A DNA stretch of 64,000 nucleotides from contig CAVTRY010000012.1 of NCBI GenBank assembly GCA_963737265.1, forward strand, positions 1 to 64,000, written 5' to 3'. The notes under the pieces were generated by a model. The model was not told the origin of the DNA. It ran no database searches and saw only the letters and a program-made list of their open reading frames with translations. Each line of letters begins with the position of its first letter. Within the stretch, counting starts at the first letter, position 1. The position numbers and the translations under genes are program-made. The stretch is from an uncultured delta proteobacterium (GTDB lineage: Bacteria; Myxococcota_A; Polyangia; Fen-1088). Below are positions 63,272-64,000 of the stretch, piece by piece.

Positions 63272-64000
63272 TGAAGTGGACCCCTTTGGTAGGACCAGAA
63301 ATGGCCCGAGCTAAGAGAGAGTCCGCGTGGGTTTGTTTGTAGATCCGGGTGAGCCTCGCCGGCAAGGAAATTGTTGAGAGCGGAGGCATGCTGATGGCTG
63401 CTGTCCACGGATGCAATGCGCGCACGGCCCCACAGAAGCAGGTGAACGCGTTGCAGTTGTGGGCAGCGTGCCATCAGCATGATGCAGCGGCGATTTAGGC
63501 GGCCTCTTTCATCGCCGACTTCTTTAGTTCGAATTCGTAAAACGCTACGGGTGTCTGAAATCCAAGGGTTTGGTGAGGCCGCCTGTGGTTGTACTTGTCC
63601 AGGTAGATCGCGATGCCACTGCGGGCGTCGGCCACGTCTCGGTAGTCGTTCAAGTAGACCTCCTCGCATTTGACAGACCGCCATAGACGCTCGACGAAGA
63701 TGTTGTCCATGAATCGGCCGCGACCGTCCATGCTGACCTTTACGCCCTTGTCCAGCAAAACCGATGTGAAGTTGTCGTCGGTAAACTGCGACCCCTGGTC
63801 GGTGTTGAAGATCTCCGGCAAGCCGAAGTTCGCAAGAGCTTCTTCCACGACCTCGATGCAAAAACGGCTGTCCATCGTGTTTGAAATGCGCCAGGACAGA
63901 ACCCGGCGCGTGTACCAATCCATCACGGCGACCAGGTAGCAATGCCCCTGTCTCGTCGGGATGTACGTGATATCCGAGGCCCACACCTGATTGGGCCGAA
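63272..64000 (-). mobile_element. IS3-family element copy 4 (runs off window)
   Basis: Same right end and orfB sequence as copy 2. Confidence 0.95.

Overview
GC-rich, insertion-sequence-saturated accessory region. The TPR and Cys-rich lipoprotein genes suggest Myxococcota/Polyangia, but the host assignment is an inference. (1) A minus-strand T6SS-associated locus (about 6.6-19.6 kb) has an HExxH/glycine-zipper effector candidate, a DcrB-like gene and a tandem array of ~1.87-kb units. Each unit is a near-invariant DUF4123 adaptor plus an exported paralog with a mosaic variable core. (2) At least seven remnants of IS91/ISCR-type rolling-circle elements are present, none intact. Most abut or contain unrelated gene fragments (serine recombinase snippet, 5'-truncated hsdR, sufU/sufT, IS1182 piece, FAD-oxidase piece fused in frame). 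(3) A type I R-M/PrrC locus has lost the HsdR N-terminus. (4) DDE elements include four IS3 copies, a nested ISAzo13, ISL3, IS4, two copies of one IS21 and an IS21-like element carrying ParB and Zn-finger passengers. (5) Other content: a split, inverted group II intron remnant, tRNA-Asn and tmRNA 3'-end remnants, an IS-disrupted CheB/CheR hybrid kinase, a PLD-family protein and a PIN toxin-antitoxin pair. The best candidates for something new are the DUF4123-anchored variable array and the fragment-capture pattern around the IS91-like elements. The capture pattern needs read-level validation against assembly chimerism. All family calls come from motif recognition by eye; no searches were run.
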